Shown here one piece after another: positions 37,525 to 46,985 of a stretch of 64,000 bases of DNA. The stretch is taken from assembly GCA_963700155.1 (NCBI GenBank), contig OY969472.1, positions 936,690 to 1,000,689 on the forward strand. The letters run 5' to 3'. The stretch comes from an uncultured bacterium (GTDB lineage: Bacteria; Patescibacteriota; Dojkabacteria; J137). Both the position numbers and the translations under genes were made by a program. Under the pieces are notes generated by a model. It was not told the DNA's origin. It did not search any database and was given only the letters and a program-made list of their open reading frames with translations. Within the stretch, counting starts at the first letter, position 1. Each line of letters starts with the position of its first letter.

Positions 37525-37630
37525 AAAGTTTTTTTAAGTTATGATTTATTCTAAATTTAATTGATTAATCTTTCAAGCTAGGAGTTTTTGTTATGTTATT
37601 ATTTAATTAAATAACTGTTATTAAAATACT

Positions 37631-38188
37631 ATGGATAATTTCGATAATGGATTAATTAAAAATCAGTTTATAGATAAGTTATATTATTCGATTTTTATGA
37701 AGATAGGACAAAGTAAGGGAGATACTAATATTGTATTAGCATTAGAAGAATTAGCAAATCTTGATGCTGAAAATAGGGTATCTACTGAAGAACTTCCTTC
37801 TTTACTAACTGCATTTAATGAAGTAAATTTATGGTTCTTATTTAATGGTGATGTTCTTTCTAACGAAGAAAAAATATTTCTAGAAAATTTGCTAGATAGA
37901 GTTGATAAAAAGATTCCGTATGTATATTCATCAGTAATTAACAAAATAGGGGAAAATTATGAAAATAGAGAGATTTCAAGATCATTTAGAGTTTTGTTGT
38001 ATTTAAGTTCAAGGTCTGATCTTATTGGTATTGAGCCAATTGATTTAGTTGAAGCATTTAGAAATTTTGATTATTGGTTTACTCTTAATAGCTATTTATT
38101 TAATAGAGATGAAATAAAGTCTATAAATGAATTGATAGAGGCTATACATCGCAAAATTCCTAGGAATGGTAATGGTCATTTGAATTAA
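37631..38188 (+). CDS. Hypothetical protein.
   Basis: ORF only. Confidence 0.4.
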   Translation: MDNFDNGLIKNQFIDKLYYSIFMKIGQSKGDTNIVLALEELANLDAENRVSTEELPSLLTAFNEVNLWFLFNGDVLSNEEKIFLENLLDRVDKKIPYVYSSVINKIGENYENREISRSFRVLLYLSSRSDLIGIEPIDLVEAFRNFDYWFTLNSYLFNRDEIKSINELIEAIHRKIPRNGNGHLN

Positions 38189-38212
38189 AGTTTGGAAGTT
38201 TTTGTTGTCGAG

Positions 38213-38238
38213 GGGCGGACCTTTCGGTCCGCCCTTTC
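38213..38238 (+). terminator. GC-rich perfect hairpin gggcggacc-tttc-ggtccgccc followed by TTTC, at the left edge of high-GC islet 2.
   Basis: Seen directly. Could terminate the 37631..38188 gene or be an element end. Confidence 0.4.
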
Positions 38239-38254
38239 AACAACTGGAAATGAA

Positions 38255-39214
38255 CTACTGCGCGAGCGGGTCGCTGACTTCGGCACAGACGCCTGGCTGC
38301 ACAACTTCGAAGAAGCGCAGCTCATTGAGCTGATTGCCGACCACCCGATAGGTCCCCTGGTAGGGGTATTCACTCGGGTTGGCGAACAACGCGATTTCGT
38401 AAACCGAGTGCTGATCATCGCCTTTGAACGTCTGGCTAACCCATCCGTCCCAGGGTGCCCATTCGGAGCCTTCCAGAACCTGCGGGTACATCGGTGGATT
38501 GATAGGCTCGACGACGTCTAGCATACACACGAATCCGCCACTCGGTGTCATACCGAGGCTGAACGGAACGACCGGCTCTTCAGGTTCGCCGGGCTGCGGT
38601 AATCCAAAAGTGAAAACGTAGCAGCCGAAAGTCATGCTTTCGATCACGCCGTCTCCGTGGACACCTGAACCCAACGAATATCCCACCGCGATAACTTGTG
38701 CGTTCGGGAACGCAACTGCCCATTCGGGCAGCGTTCCGAACCAGTTGCTACCGTTGCCGCCGCCGGTGTGCGGGGCGCCGGACTTGACGAATGCGGCGGC
38801 GCTGTTGGAGAGCCACCAATTATCGCCGTAAACTGCCTCCCCGACGAGAATCCCGTCGGGAGTGCCGTTGTTGTCGAAGTCCACTACGAGCTGTAAGCCC
38901 GGGGTGATGCCGAACGAGGCGACGTAGTCAATGTTGCCGGACGTGATGTTTGACAGCAGGACCGCGAACGGATAGTAGCCGGCTGCTTTATCGAGCGACG
39001 TGTTCGACTCGGTCCAGATATGCAAGCCATCGGCTTGCAGCTCGTTGTGACCTTGAGCACGTGTTTCGCTCAGATCCCAGTTTCCAAGGTTCGTCGTGTG
39101 GATGTTTCCACATGCCTGGACCTGGTTCGGCGAGGCGGCTAAAGGTGCGAACGTGGCGAATGCCAGAACGAAAACAATAGCCAGCGCGATCAATGTGAAA
39201 ACTTTCTTACTCAT
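38255..39214 (-). CDS. Secreted protein (signal peptide) encoded in a 55-60% GC islet, likely horizontally acquired.
   Basis: Long ORF with a signal peptide MSKKVFTLIALAIVFVLAFATFA. GC and codon usage contrast strongly with the flanks. Overlapping +-strand ORFs are artefacts of high GC. Confidence 0.5.
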   Translation of the reverse strand: MSKKVFTLIALAIVFVLAFATFAPLAASPNQVQACGNIHTTNLGNWDLSETRAQGHNELQADGLHIWTESNTSLDKAAGYYPFAVLLSNITSGNIDYVASFGITPGLQLVVDFDNNGTPDGILVGEAVYGDNWWLSNSAAAFVKSGAPHTGGGNGSNWFGTLPEWAVAFPNAQVIAVGYSLGSGVHGDGVIESMTFGCYVFTFGLPQPGEPEEPVVPFSLGMTPSGGFVCMLDVVEPINPPMYPQVLEGSEWAPWDGWVSQTFKGDDQHSVYEIALFANPSEYPYQGTYRVVGNQLNELRFFEVVQPGVCAEVSDPLAQ

Positions 39215-39267
39215 GGTTCTGTTACTCCTATAGAATATGAATTTGAATTCGAAATTTGCCGTTGCTA

Positions 39268-39327
39268 GATGCTTCGGCGGTTCAAAAGACTAAATTTAAT
39301 TTTAATCTCCAAAACCGCCGAAGCATC
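39268..39327. repeat. 15-bp perfect inverted repeat gatgcttcggcggtt / aaccgccgaagcatc with a 30-nt loop, at the right edge of high-GC islet 2.
   Basis: Seen directly. Followed by tttattgtagtttta. Confidence 0.45.
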
Positions 39328-39531
39328 TTTATTGTAGTTTTAATTTCCAGTTGTTAAAGAACATGTTCAGGGAATTTAATCCACTGATTATATTTATATT
39401 AATTCAGAAACAAATGTTATCTGTACTATATAAATTCAGATGGATTATATAACAAATATATACAAAAATCAAGAGTTGCTAAATATATAAAAGTCGCTAA
39501 CAAATCAAGATGGAAGAGTGTTTAATAGAAA

Positions 39532-39603
39532 TATGCCAGAGAGGATTCGAACCTCTGACCTGCCGCTTAGAAGGCGGCTGCTCTATCCACTGAGCTACTG
39601 GCA
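39532..39603 (-). tRNA. tRNA-Arg (anticodon TCT).
   Basis: Manual fold: acceptor GTGCCAG/CTGGCAT (G1-U72), D arm GCTC-AGTGGATA-GAGC, anticodon loop CTTCTAA, T arm AGAGG-TTCGAAT-CCTCT. Confidence 0.8.
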
Positions 39604-39670
39604 CACATTAACAGCAGGCATATTTTAACATTTAATTAAAAAATACTGAATACTTAAGAAGATGAATTAA

Positions 39671-40093
39671 TTACATTGCAGTTTCTGCAAGAATAACTCC
39701 AATTGAAGCTATAGTGGCAAAAGTTAAAAATCCAATAAAAGCTATTCTTAAGCTTTTTAAATCTTTAATATTATTGCTCTTCATCATTTTAAATTCTCTA
39801 TTGCTTACAATTCCAACAGTTAATCCGACTATAAATATGAGGAACATTTTTATCCAGAACAATGGATTAGATCCAAAATTCTCCCATTCAGAAAAAGCAA
39901 GGTAAAGTCCAGTTAAAATTTGAATTAATAATATTGGTCCAGTAACTTTCCAGATGAAACCCAATATATTTATCTGTTCATTTGTTCTATTAAACTTAAA
40001 TTGAATTATTAATGAAATAAAAGCTGTTCCTACTAAAATAGTAGCTCCTAAAACATGCAGGATAAGAATTATCAAATGAAGAGTATCAGACAT
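39671..40093 (-). CDS. Small 4-TM membrane protein.
   Basis: ORF. Hydrophobic. Confidence 0.4.
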   Translation of the reverse strand: MSDTLHLIILILHVLGATILVGTAFISLIIQFKFNRTNEQINILGFIWKVTGPILLIQILTGLYLAFSEWENFGSNPLFWIKMFLIFIVGLTVGIVSNREFKMMKSNNIKDLKSLRIAFIGFLTFATIASIGVILAETAM

Positions 40094-40148
40094 AAAAAAA
40101 TTTAATATATGTAATTTTAATAAATCTTGAAGTTAAAAACAATAAAAA

Positions 40149-40220
40149 TGAGCTGACCGGGACTCGAACCCGGAACCAATCGCTTAAGAGGCGACTGCTC
40201 TACCATTGAGCTATCAGCCC
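40149..40220 (-). tRNA. tRNA-Lys (anticodon CTT).
   Basis: Manual fold: acceptor GGGCTGA/TCAGCTC, D arm GCTC-AATGGTA-GAGC, anticodon loop CTCTTAA, T arm CCGGG-TTCGAGT-CCCGG. Confidence 0.85.
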
Positions 40221-40642
40221 ATCTCATTTCTAGCTCGATATTATAACATTATAGGTGTTGTTATTGAAGATACAGATATATTAAAATCTGCCAAACACTT
40301 AAAACTTTCTATATCTTCACTACATAATTTTAAAAAATTTGTTATATTCTATATATGAATAAATCTGGTCAAAATAATTGTTTTCAAACCAAGGAGAATC
40401 ATTCAGAAGAATTAAAAGTTATTCTAGAACTCTGGAACGATTTCGGCTCACATTTTGAAAAAGTTCATGATTCAAAAACTGCATGATATTTTTGGGGTGA
40501 GACAAATCTTTTAATTTCAAAATTAATCGAAGAAGATCTAATAAATGCTACCGAGATTGGAATAAGATTTTCTACATTTCCTAGAACAGATGGTGAAGAT
40601 AATTCTAATGAATATTTAAGAGGAACAGGGCTTACTATCTTA

Positions 40643-41020
40643 ATGGATGGAAGAATAATACCTCAAATTATTGGTTTAATTAGTTCTGAAGCTTATGAAG
40701 CTCAAAGAATTAGTTATATTCTAGCTTCAAGTTTAAGAGATTTTATAACTAATGATAAGATTAAAGATATGGATAAAGAAACTGCTTTCACTACTCCAAG
40801 TTTTTATTCATTTATAACAGCACTCCTTGTAATAGAAGAATTGGAAGACTCTGTGAAAACATATCCAATTGAAGATATGGATTATATAAATTATTTAGAA
40901 TTTCTGGTTGAATATGCAAGGAAGCTATTAAACGATCCAGCTATTGTAGAAAGAATAAAATGGTATTTAAAAATACCGGATACTGAGAATTTAGCTAGAA
41001 AATTACTTGCATTTATTTAG
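40643..41020 (+). CDS. Hypothetical protein.
   Basis: ORF only. Confidence 0.35.
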   Translation: MDGRIIPQIIGLISSEAYEAQRISYILASSLRDFITNDKIKDMDKETAFTTPSFYSFITALLVIEELEDSVKTYPIEDMDYINYLEFLVEYARKLLNDPAIVERIKWYLKIPDTENLARKLLAFI

Positions 41021-41317
41021 AAGAACTTTTAAATATATAAATCATATTCACTAATCTACTCTCCCTAAAATTAAATACTTTCTTTTTTCAATATACTTAC
41101 TATATGGAATAGTATGTTATATTTATAACACTTGCATGTTTACTATTTGCGTTTTGTTTATCTAAAATTTAGACAACAGAAAGTTGCTTGTCTTTTTAAT
41201 TTCTTAATTAAGGACATTATATGTCTATCTATCCAAAGTGCAATTACCTTCTAATCCAATACTTGCTTTTTAAAGTTTGGCAGGGGTAATTGCACATTGA
41301 CAATTTAAGAAGAAAGG

Positions 41318-41677
41318 GTGAAAAAGATGCTACGGCTAGTCGTTTTGTTCGTGTTCTGTCTATTGGGCGCTGGAAGTTTTACACTCTATAGTATCGTATT
41401 CGGGCAGGTCGGTTCACCAAGGATTAGTACGGATTATATTGTGTCCTTGGTGTTAAATCCACTGTTTCTTTTTGCATTGGGACTTTCCCTTTTCGGAGCT
41501 GTATTGCGTATGTTCATATTCAAGGAGTTCGGAATTTCGCGTTCAGCTGTATTATCCGAACTGACGTTTTTGTTTACTCTCAGCGGTGGTCTTCTTGTAT
41601 CACATGAGAAAGTTGATCTTAAGCTTGTTGTCGGTGCTTTACTAATGTTCATGGCTTTATTCGTTCTGGAGAGTTGA
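41318..41677 (+). CDS. Small 4-TM membrane protein (GtrA/SMR-like size class) preceding a glycosyltransferase.
   Basis: ORF. Hydrophobic. GC higher than the genome background. Confidence 0.35.
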   Translation: MKKMLRLVVLFVFCLLGAGSFTLYSIVFGQVGSPRISTDYIVSLVLNPLFLFALGLSLFGAVLRMFIFKEFGISRSAVLSELTFLFTLSGGLLVSHEKVDLKLVVGALLMFMALFVLES

Positions 41678-41683
41678 TTAATC

Positions 41684-42838
41684 ATGATTAGACTGACACT
41701 AGTATCTAATCTAACTCCAACACTTCCAGTTAGCGAATATGGATTATATCTCGCGACTGCATTGAGTGAAGTGATGGATGTAATAGTTCTGACGGATAAA
41801 AATGCGCCAGAAATCGAACATGGATGTCTTGATCTTCATCGCATCTATAATTACGGATCTCACTTAACCCCTATTAGGTTAATGAGTGAGATAAAAAGAA
41901 GCCAACCAGACTGCGTGATGTACAATGTCACACTTGGAGCATTTGGAAGCTCTACGGCAAACTTTGCTTCAATGATGACTCTACCTGTATTGCGGATGTT
42001 GGGGGTTCCAACGATCGTTTTGCTTCATAATATGGTTGAGGAATTCAATGGCAATGTTGCAACAATTCTTAGACTCGGTGCACAGGCAGCAACTTGGATT
42101 ATAACTCGATCAGGGGAGGTTTGTGTTTTAAGGCAAGAGTATTCAGACTTGCTGCGGTCCAAATACCATGCGCAATATGTACACCTGGTTCCGCATGGGA
42201 TGTTAGGAAATCCAAAGGCAAAAAGTTTGCCAGGTACAAAGGAAATCCTATCATTCGGCATTTATGGAACGCATAAACGTCTGGAAAATCTCTTGGAAGC
42301 AATGACGATACTCTTGCCAATCGATCCTGTTATTAAGCTGAAGATTGTGGGTGGCTCTAACTCACACAATCCACGCTATTATCATGAAGTTCATGACAAG
42401 TATGGTCACCTTCCAAATGTTGACTGGTTTGGGTATGTCCCGGAAGATATGGTTCAGAAAGTATTCACCGAAAGTGAAGTTGTCATCCTAACAAATTGCA
42501 CTAATGGTGGAGAATCTGGTGTTCTGATTCAGGCAGGGATGTACGCAAGACCTGTAATTGCATCGGATATTCCTCTCTTTAGAAATAAAATGAGTGAGGG
42601 ATATAGGTTGAAACTGGTTGATATTTCTAATCCCTCATGTATTGCTGAGGCGATATTCTGCCTCTTGCATGATGAGGAGGAAAAGTTAGCTCAATCAGTT
42701 CAGAATTTTGAAGCATCAATTAAGTATAGTATGGGCGACGTTGCCAAAATCTACCTCGGAATAATCGAGCATCTCGTGGAGGAAAGGAATGCGAATAAAC
42801 AAACTGCTCCTAGCCATAGGAGTCGTAGTCTTTCTTAA
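41684..42838 (+). CDS. Glycosyltransferase, GT4-like (GT-B fold).
   Basis: C-terminal ESGVLIQAGMYARPVIASDIPLFRN matches the E..G...EA.a.G.PVIas motif of GT1/GT4 enzymes. Confidence 0.55.
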   Translation: MIRLTLVSNLTPTLPVSEYGLYLATALSEVMDVIVLTDKNAPEIEHGCLDLHRIYNYGSHLTPIRLMSEIKRSQPDCVMYNVTLGAFGSSTANFASMMTLPVLRMLGVPTIVLLHNMVEEFNGNVATILRLGAQAATWIITRSGEVCVLRQEYSDLLRSKYHAQYVHLVPHGMLGNPKAKSLPGTKEILSFGIYGTHKRLENLLEAMTILLPIDPVIKLKIVGGSNSHNPRYYHEVHDKYGHLPNVDWFGYVPEDMVQKVFTESEVVILTNCTNGGESGVLIQAGMYARPVIASDIPLFRNKMSEGYRLKLVDISNPSCIAEAIFCLLHDEEEKLAQSVQNFEASIKYSMGDVAKIYLGIIEHLVEERNANKQTAPSHRSRSLS

Positions 42839-44495
42839 CTTGGGACCACTTGTGAGTCCATTTACAACACTAAATTGGGATAGTGAGACGCATATGTTTT
42901 TTGCGGATCACTTTCAACGTTCATGGTTTAATCCATGGGAACCTAGGTGGTATGGAGGGTTCTATGTATATGCAAGTGCACCTTTAACATATCAGCTGGT
43001 AGCTATTGCTGGTATTGGTGATCTTGAACGTGGCTATCGTATAGTTCAGTTGGTCGCATTGGTGTTACTTCCTGCTTCTATTTACTTCTTCACCAAAGAA
43101 GTTTTCGGTAAGAAGTATGCAGGATGGGCTTCCTTGTTGGTTGTCGGGGTGTCGGGTACTTATGTTGTCCTATACACATTTGGACAATTACCGACTTTTG
43201 TTGCTTTTGTTCTCGCGATTATGGCTGCTGGAATGTATTCACGCTTCCTGAGAACAGGTAACTGGACAAATTTAATCGGGTGGTTTGCATTGGCCGGCGG
43301 GGCAGTTTCAAGCAACCATTATACAGTAATATTGTGTCTTCCACTGGTAGTTGTTGCAGTTACAATTTCCTACTGGTTGAGGACCGCATTTTCTATTCGA
43401 GCGTGGATTCTGAAACCGTTAGTTGCTTCGATTGTACTTTTAGGAGCAGTGGTTTTAGTCATTGCGCCATTCTGGTGGTGGTACTTCAGAATTAGCTTGC
43501 CTCAAACTACTATTCCTCATCCAACTCGGTCGCCATTCTTACAGAATCCCGATGATGCAGAAATGTATTTTTGGGATATGTATGGCGGAGCGTTACTCTT
43601 CATCCCTTTAGGTATTCTTGCTTTGAGGAAAGTCTGGAAAGCTTTCCCCCTGGTTCTAGTTGTTCTTTTCCTTGTATTGATGGGACTTGGTGGAAACACA
43701 GATATCCCTACAAAGATACTTGGCGGACTGGCTGATGTTTTCACCTTTGATAGGTTTTCATTCTGGGCAGCAATGCTCACATCAGTATTGGGAGCACTAT
43801 TTGTTGCTAATTTGAGTTTGGATTGGCGAAAGTATGTGCTCATAGCCCTTTCAGTAGTTTTACTCTTTGGAATTGGGAGTGCAATTCAATTTCCCAACAC
43901 TACAGAGTTACTGAAAAAACCATTGTTAGCATGGGAGGAAGATGAGGTTGTTAAATTCCTCGATGATCATACGGATTGGAACTATTTGACTTTAGGATTA
44001 GGAGAACCTGAAGTCGCAAAGCTTTCGCGGTTGACAAACGCAACATCTATTGATGGATTCTACAACCAGGCGCGATCTAACTACTGGTTGAGGATTTCCG
44101 GAGTCGGAACTTTAGATTCAACTCCTCTACTTCAACCATCAAGCCCAGGATTACTTGAAGGAATACTATCTCATCCACAGGACTGGAGTCTCCGATGGGT
44201 AATTTGTGATATACCCTGGGCCGAAGAATGGTTGCGTCAAGATGGATGGCAACTTCTTCATCCAATCGGATCCTCTATAGGTTGGAAATTGGGGGATGCC
44301 AATTACAGCGACATCACTGTGTGGGAAGCACCCATTGATGCTGTCGCCGAAATGACGAAAGCTACCCAAATACCACCAAAAATTGGAGATATCCCTCGAA
44401 TTGTTTTCCCAATCTGGTGGGGTGTTGTACCCTTATCTTCTTTAGTTGTCGGGCTCCTTACTTTGTTATATATCTTATACAGGAGGAGCGACTGA
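42789..44495 (+). CDS. Large polytopic membrane protein, possibly a GT-C-type glycosyltransferase or YfhO-like.
   Basis: 12 or more TM helices. Overlaps the GT4 gene by 50 nt. Confidence 0.35.
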   Translation: MRINKLLLAIGVVVFLNLGPLVSPFTTLNWDSETHMFFADHFQRSWFNPWEPRWYGGFYVYASAPLTYQLVAIAGIGDLERGYRIVQLVALVLLPASIYFFTKEVFGKKYAGWASLLVVGVSGTYVVLYTFGQLPTFVAFVLAIMAAGMYSRFLRTGNWTNLIGWFALAGGAVSSNHYTVILCLPLVVVAVTISYWLRTAFSIRAWILKPLVASIVLLGAVVLVIAPFWWWYFRISLPQTTIPHPTRSPFLQNPDDAEMYFWDMYGGALLFIPLGILALRKVWKAFPLVLVVLFLVLMGLGGNTDIPTKILGGLADVFTFDRFSFWAAMLTSVLGALFVANLSLDWRKYVLIALSVVLLFGIGSAIQFPNTTELLKKPLLAWEEDEVVKFLDDHTDWNYLTLGLGEPEVAKLSRLTNATSIDGFYNQARSNYWLRISGVGTLDSTPLLQPSSPGLLEGILSHPQDWSLRWVICDIPWAEEWLRQDGWQLLHPIGSSIGWKLGDANYSDITVWEAPIDAVAEMTKATQIPPKIGDIPRIVFPIWWGVVPLSSLVVGLLTLLYILYRRSD

Positions 44496-44513
44496 TGTTA
44501 TCAGTATGTGCAA

Positions 44514-44550
44514 GATACCGGGCGGGACCTTAAAAGGCCCGCCCGGTATC
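44514..44550 (+). terminator. Strong GC-rich hairpin gataccgggcggg-N11-cccgcccggtatc after the stop of the glycosylation operon.
   Basis: 13-bp perfect stem 19 nt after the stop codon. Confidence 0.5.
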
Positions 44551-44610
44551 AGGTACTATTCTTCTATTACATTTATTTTTGAAAAATTGTGTTATAAGTT
44601 CTTAAAGATG

Positions 44611-44682
44611 TGAGCTGACCGGGACTCGAACCCGGAACCAACTGCTTAAAAGGCAGCTGCTCTACCATTGAGCTATCAGCCC
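44611..44682 (-). tRNA. tRNA-Lys (anticodon TTT).
   Basis: Same scaffold as tRNA-Lys(CTT), with anticodon loop CTTTTAA. Confidence 0.85.
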
Positions 44683-44762
44683 TGCAATAATCAGTTTAAT
44701 CGAAGGCGCATAATTATAAGACACATTAAAGATAATTTCCATATATGTATAACCAAATAATT

Positions 44763-46556
44763 CTAGAGCTTTGCTTCTAAAATTTTAGCTTCTTTAATTT
44801 CTCTCTTTCTAAAATTCCTTATTTTTCTTGTTAAAGAATACTTATCTTCACTAATTAAACTTTCTAATTTATTTATTATTCTAATGGCTGCTTCAAATTC
44901 TGGCTCAACAATACTGGATATATTTTCAGAATCTGTAAGAGTATTACTAGTTCTCAATACAATTTCAATCTTTGAATTAATTTTCTTTAATTCTTTTACA
45001 AAATTTGATAATTCAAGCGTATTAGTTTCAGGAAGTGCCACGACAATAGCTTTCGCATCTTTTATTCCTGCTTTTATAAGTATATCCAAATTTGTTGCAT
45101 CTCCAAAAATAATATTTTGATGCTCTAGTGCTGCTTTCTGTACCAAGTTGCTGTCCATTTCTATAATTACATATTCTTCTTTTGAAAGATTAACTGCCTT
45201 AGCAACATATCTTCCAACTTTTCCAAATCCACAGATAATAATATGATTCGTTAATTCAGGCTGAACTTCTTGAGATAAATGCTTTAAGAAGAATTTCCTG
45301 TACAAATTTGGGAAATAAGTTCTAACTCTTCCTTGTACAAAATTATAAACATCATCGGAATACGAGTACAAAAATGGAGTTGCAGTCATTGTAACGATTG
45401 TAGCAATTAATACTATTGAATAGACTTGTTCATTTATCCATCCACTTGAAAACCCAATACTTATTGCCAAAAAAGCAAATTCACCTATTTGAGATAAACC
45501 TAAGCCTACCTTAATTGCATTTTTAGGATGAATATTAAAGAGAATATTTATTACTATGATCACAACTATCTTAAATAAAACAAGAAGAAAAATTATTCCC
45601 AGCAAAGAAGGAATATCACTCAACAAAGTGTTTATTTGAAATAAAGTTCCAATAGACACAAAAAAGATCATTGAAAACAAATCTCTTAAAGGTTTAATCT
45701 CTGTAAAAATTTCATGTCTTAAGAAAGTATCAGATAAAGCAATCCCAGTTAAAAATGCACCAAGAGTATAAGAAATCCCTAATAATTCTGTGAGTAAAGC
45801 AAACCCAACACTTAATGCTACTACCGATATTAATAGTATTTCCTGTGATCTAGTTTCTGCAATTTTCTCAAATATTTTCGGGACAATAAATCTTCCTACA
45901 AAGAAAGTTACAACTATTAAGATTACAGCCTTTATTATTGGTTCTATTATATTAACAGCACCATTTCCTTCATTAGGTGCATAAGTTTTTAAAAGCAAAA
46001 ATAATGCAATTATTAAAATATCCTGCATAACAAGCCACCCAACCATAATATTGCTTGCTCGTGCAGACAGTTCTTCATTCTGTTCTAACATTTTAAGAAC
46101 AAATGCTGTAGAGCTTGTTGCACCAACAACTCCGATAAAGAAGGCTTCATATTGAGAAAGTCCAAAAACCTGCATAACTAATGCTCCAAAAATTATTACA
46201 AGAACTGTCTGCACGAGCACTCCAATTACAACAAGATTCCTAATTTTAGTTATGTTGTTTACTGAAAATTCAATTCCAGCTGCAAAAAGTAAGAAAGCGA
46301 TTCCAAGCTGAGCTGCCTGAGTTATAAATTCTGAATTGAAACTATAGTGAACACCTAGAATAGATATGACTATACTTATTATAAGTCCTGCAAGTATATA
46401 TCCAACAATTGAAGGCAATTTTGATTTAACAGCAATGTATCCACCAATACTTCCAGCGAGGATAATTATTGCTAAATCGGCTAATGATGAAAATGAATTA
46501 CTCATAATATTGTTGCTACTACGTATAATATAATTCCTAATGGAATTAAAATCCAA
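44763..46556 (-). CDS. CPA2-family cation/proton antiporter with a C-terminal RCK/TrkA-N domain.
   Basis: 12-TM Na_H exchanger-like N-terminus. Rossmann motif IIICGFGKVGRYVAKA. Confidence 0.7.
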   Translation of the reverse strand: MDFNSIRNYIIRSSNNIMSNSFSSLADLAIIILAGSIGGYIAVKSKLPSIVGYILAGLIISIVISILGVHYSFNSEFITQAAQLGIAFLLFAAGIEFSVNNITKIRNLVVIGVLVQTVLVIIFGALVMQVFGLSQYEAFFIGVVGATSSTAFVLKMLEQNEELSARASNIMVGWLVMQDILIIALFLLLKTYAPNEGNGAVNIIEPIIKAVILIVVTFFVGRFIVPKIFEKIAETRSQEILLISVVALSVGFALLTELLGISYTLGAFLTGIALSDTFLRHEIFTEIKPLRDLFSMIFFVSIGTLFQINTLLSDIPSLLGIIFLLVLFKIVVIIVINILFNIHPKNAIKVGLGLSQIGEFAFLAISIGFSSGWINEQVYSIVLIATIVTMTATPFLYSYSDDVYNFVQGRVRTYFPNLYRKFFLKHLSQEVQPELTNHIIICGFGKVGRYVAKAVNLSKEEYVIIEMDSNLVQKAALEHQNIIFGDATNLDILIKAGIKDAKAIVVALPETNTLELSNFVKELKKINSKIEIVLRTSNTLTDSENISSIVEPEFEAAIRIINKLESLISEDKYSLTRKIRNFRKREIKEAKILEAKL

Positions 46557-46963
46557 TAATCAATTGGTAAATATAAAAACCAGTAATTATGCCATTTGAT
46601 ATGTTCTTTATTAAACTTTCTTAATCCATATCCAGGATTAAATATAAACCATAAAAAATCTTCGAGTGGATTTAAGAGTATATAGAAAGAAAGTATAAAA
46701 AATTCAGCTCTTAAGCTCCAAGGAATAAATAGAAATGCAAAATGTGGTAATAATAAAATTAATGCAAAAATAAAGGTATGATAACCGGTTATTTCACGAT
46801 TAAAAAAGAAAAATGTTGATTTTATTTTAAACCGCCAGGTGGGCAGCTTCGCTGCCCACCCAAATTTCCCTTCTATCTGAATTTCTGTCATGGCAAACAA
46901 GAAAGCTGCTAGAATTAAAAATCCAAAGAAAAAAATCACATCTTCCATAAATTCAAAATACAA
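46502..46963 (-). CDS. Small polytopic membrane protein, paralog of 34334..34774.
   Basis: Shared EIQIEGKFGWAAKLPTWR motif. Confidence 0.45.
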   Translation of the reverse strand: MYFEFMEDVIFFFGFLILAAFLFAMTEIQIEGKFGWAAKLPTWRFKIKSTFFFFNREITGYHTFIFALILLLPHFAFLFIPWSLRAEFFILSFYILLNPLEDFLWFIFNPGYGLRKFNKEHIKWHNYWFLYLPIDYWILIPLGIILYVVATIL

Positions 46964-46985
46964 AGTTATGTTAACTATATCATTA

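Noticed and set aside
38192-39180. Five +-strand ORFs of 60-110 aa overlapping the 38255..39214 minus-strand gene.
   Set aside because: Stop-codon-poor frames are expected in about 60% GC DNA. They overlap a long signal-peptide ORF on the other strand, so they were treated as artefacts.
40356-41020. A 43-aa ORF (40356..40486) plus the 125-aa ORF as a frameshifted pseudogene.
   Set aside because: The two are in different frames with no detectable sequence relationship or motif. Evidence is insufficient.
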